A stretch of DNA of 64,000 nucleotides from Lophium mytilinum (lineage: Eukaryota), in NCBI GenBank assembly GCA_010093605.1, contig MU004190.1:496001-560000 (forward strand), written 5' to 3'. A model generated the notes under the pieces. That model made no database searches. It saw only the letters and a program-made list of their open reading frames with translations, and had not been told where the DNA came from. A program made the translations under genes and the position numbers. Shown here in pieces: positions 63,305-64,000 of the stretch. Position 1 is the first letter of the stretch. Every line of letters begins with the position of its first letter.

Positions 63305-63761
63305 CGCGATAGAACAATGGGAAGACGCAAAGATCGCATAAGCCCGCGAGATCTAGAAGGAAGCGCATGGTGGAAGTTAATGGTCTTGCCGTGCCCATAA
63401 TGCTATAACTGTGCCGCTAAAGGCTGCTACGCTGCATGTTTCAACTTAGCGCCCGCGCAAAGGCGAGCGCTACAACGGGATCTAGCCTTGCTAGTAGATT
63501 CTGAGGCTGATTAAGAGTATAGAATTATGTCGAAAACCTATAAATATGGAGAAGACTGCAAATTTGTGAGGTCGACGAGGGGTCGCCCTTTAATGACGTC
63601 CAGAAGGTACTGAAAGGCAAGCCAATCATATTCAAGCCAGTGATTACTTCTGATTGCAAGACGCTCTGAGGAGAATTTAGATCATCCTAAATTACGGGAA
63701 CAAATCCCAAGTACCAAGAGAAAGTGATAATAGTAAATCTACCTTCGTCCAAAAGGGACCT

Positions 63762-64000
63762 TCAACCAACATCAAAACTCCAACTACCACGAGCACAAAC
63801 TGGGGTATTCAAGTGCAAGACATGCAAGGCATAAGGAGGATAATGCAACCCATAGTCGTCAACAACGCCGCCGTCCCAATCAATCCCTGTCAAAGCTTCC
63901 TTTCCATTAAACATCACGCCTAAAAAGTAATTAGCAGGTACTCGATAAAGCATGTTGGAAGTTTGCTCACCAATGCATCCCGGTCCTCTCGACATGAGGA
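63762..64000 (-). CDS. Possible 3' end of a gene extending beyond the window
   Basis: Open frame running to the window edge with protein-like composition; no family recognised. Confidence 0.3.
   Translation of the reverse strand, partial: LMSRGPGCIGEQTSNMLYRVPANYFLGVMFNGKEALTGIDWDGGVVDDYGLHYPPYALHVLHLNTPVCARGSWSFDVG

Overview
Window of a filamentous ascomycete genome: GT-AG introns with CTRAC/CTAAY branch sites and strong RIP signatures, plausibly a dothideomycete (inference). Conserved genes: a copper-fist transcription factor, a Rec114-like meiotic protein, Rsc9, an ankyrin-RCC1-BTB protein, vigilin/Scp160, a Rad5/16-type SNF2 ATPase and a CUE-Smr nuclease. They flank accessory segments. 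The first accessory segment (~17.2-36.5 kb) holds a frameshifted DAO-family oxidoreductase, a small secreted 4-Cys protein and a decayed DUF3433-like gene. That gene is split by an 11.6-kb RIP-mutated block, which resolves into a hAT DNA transposon (8-bp TSD, CAGGG- TIR) carrying a complete Ty3/Gypsy element (202-bp LTRs, 5-bp TSD) inside a repeat-built putative intron. The second segment (~42-50.5 kb) has two BBE-like FAD oxidases around the most unusual gene in the window, a HeLo-like/STAND N-terminal domain fused to an Rga-type LIM pair, with no NTPase or GAP domain. All calls are by eye; no database searches were run.
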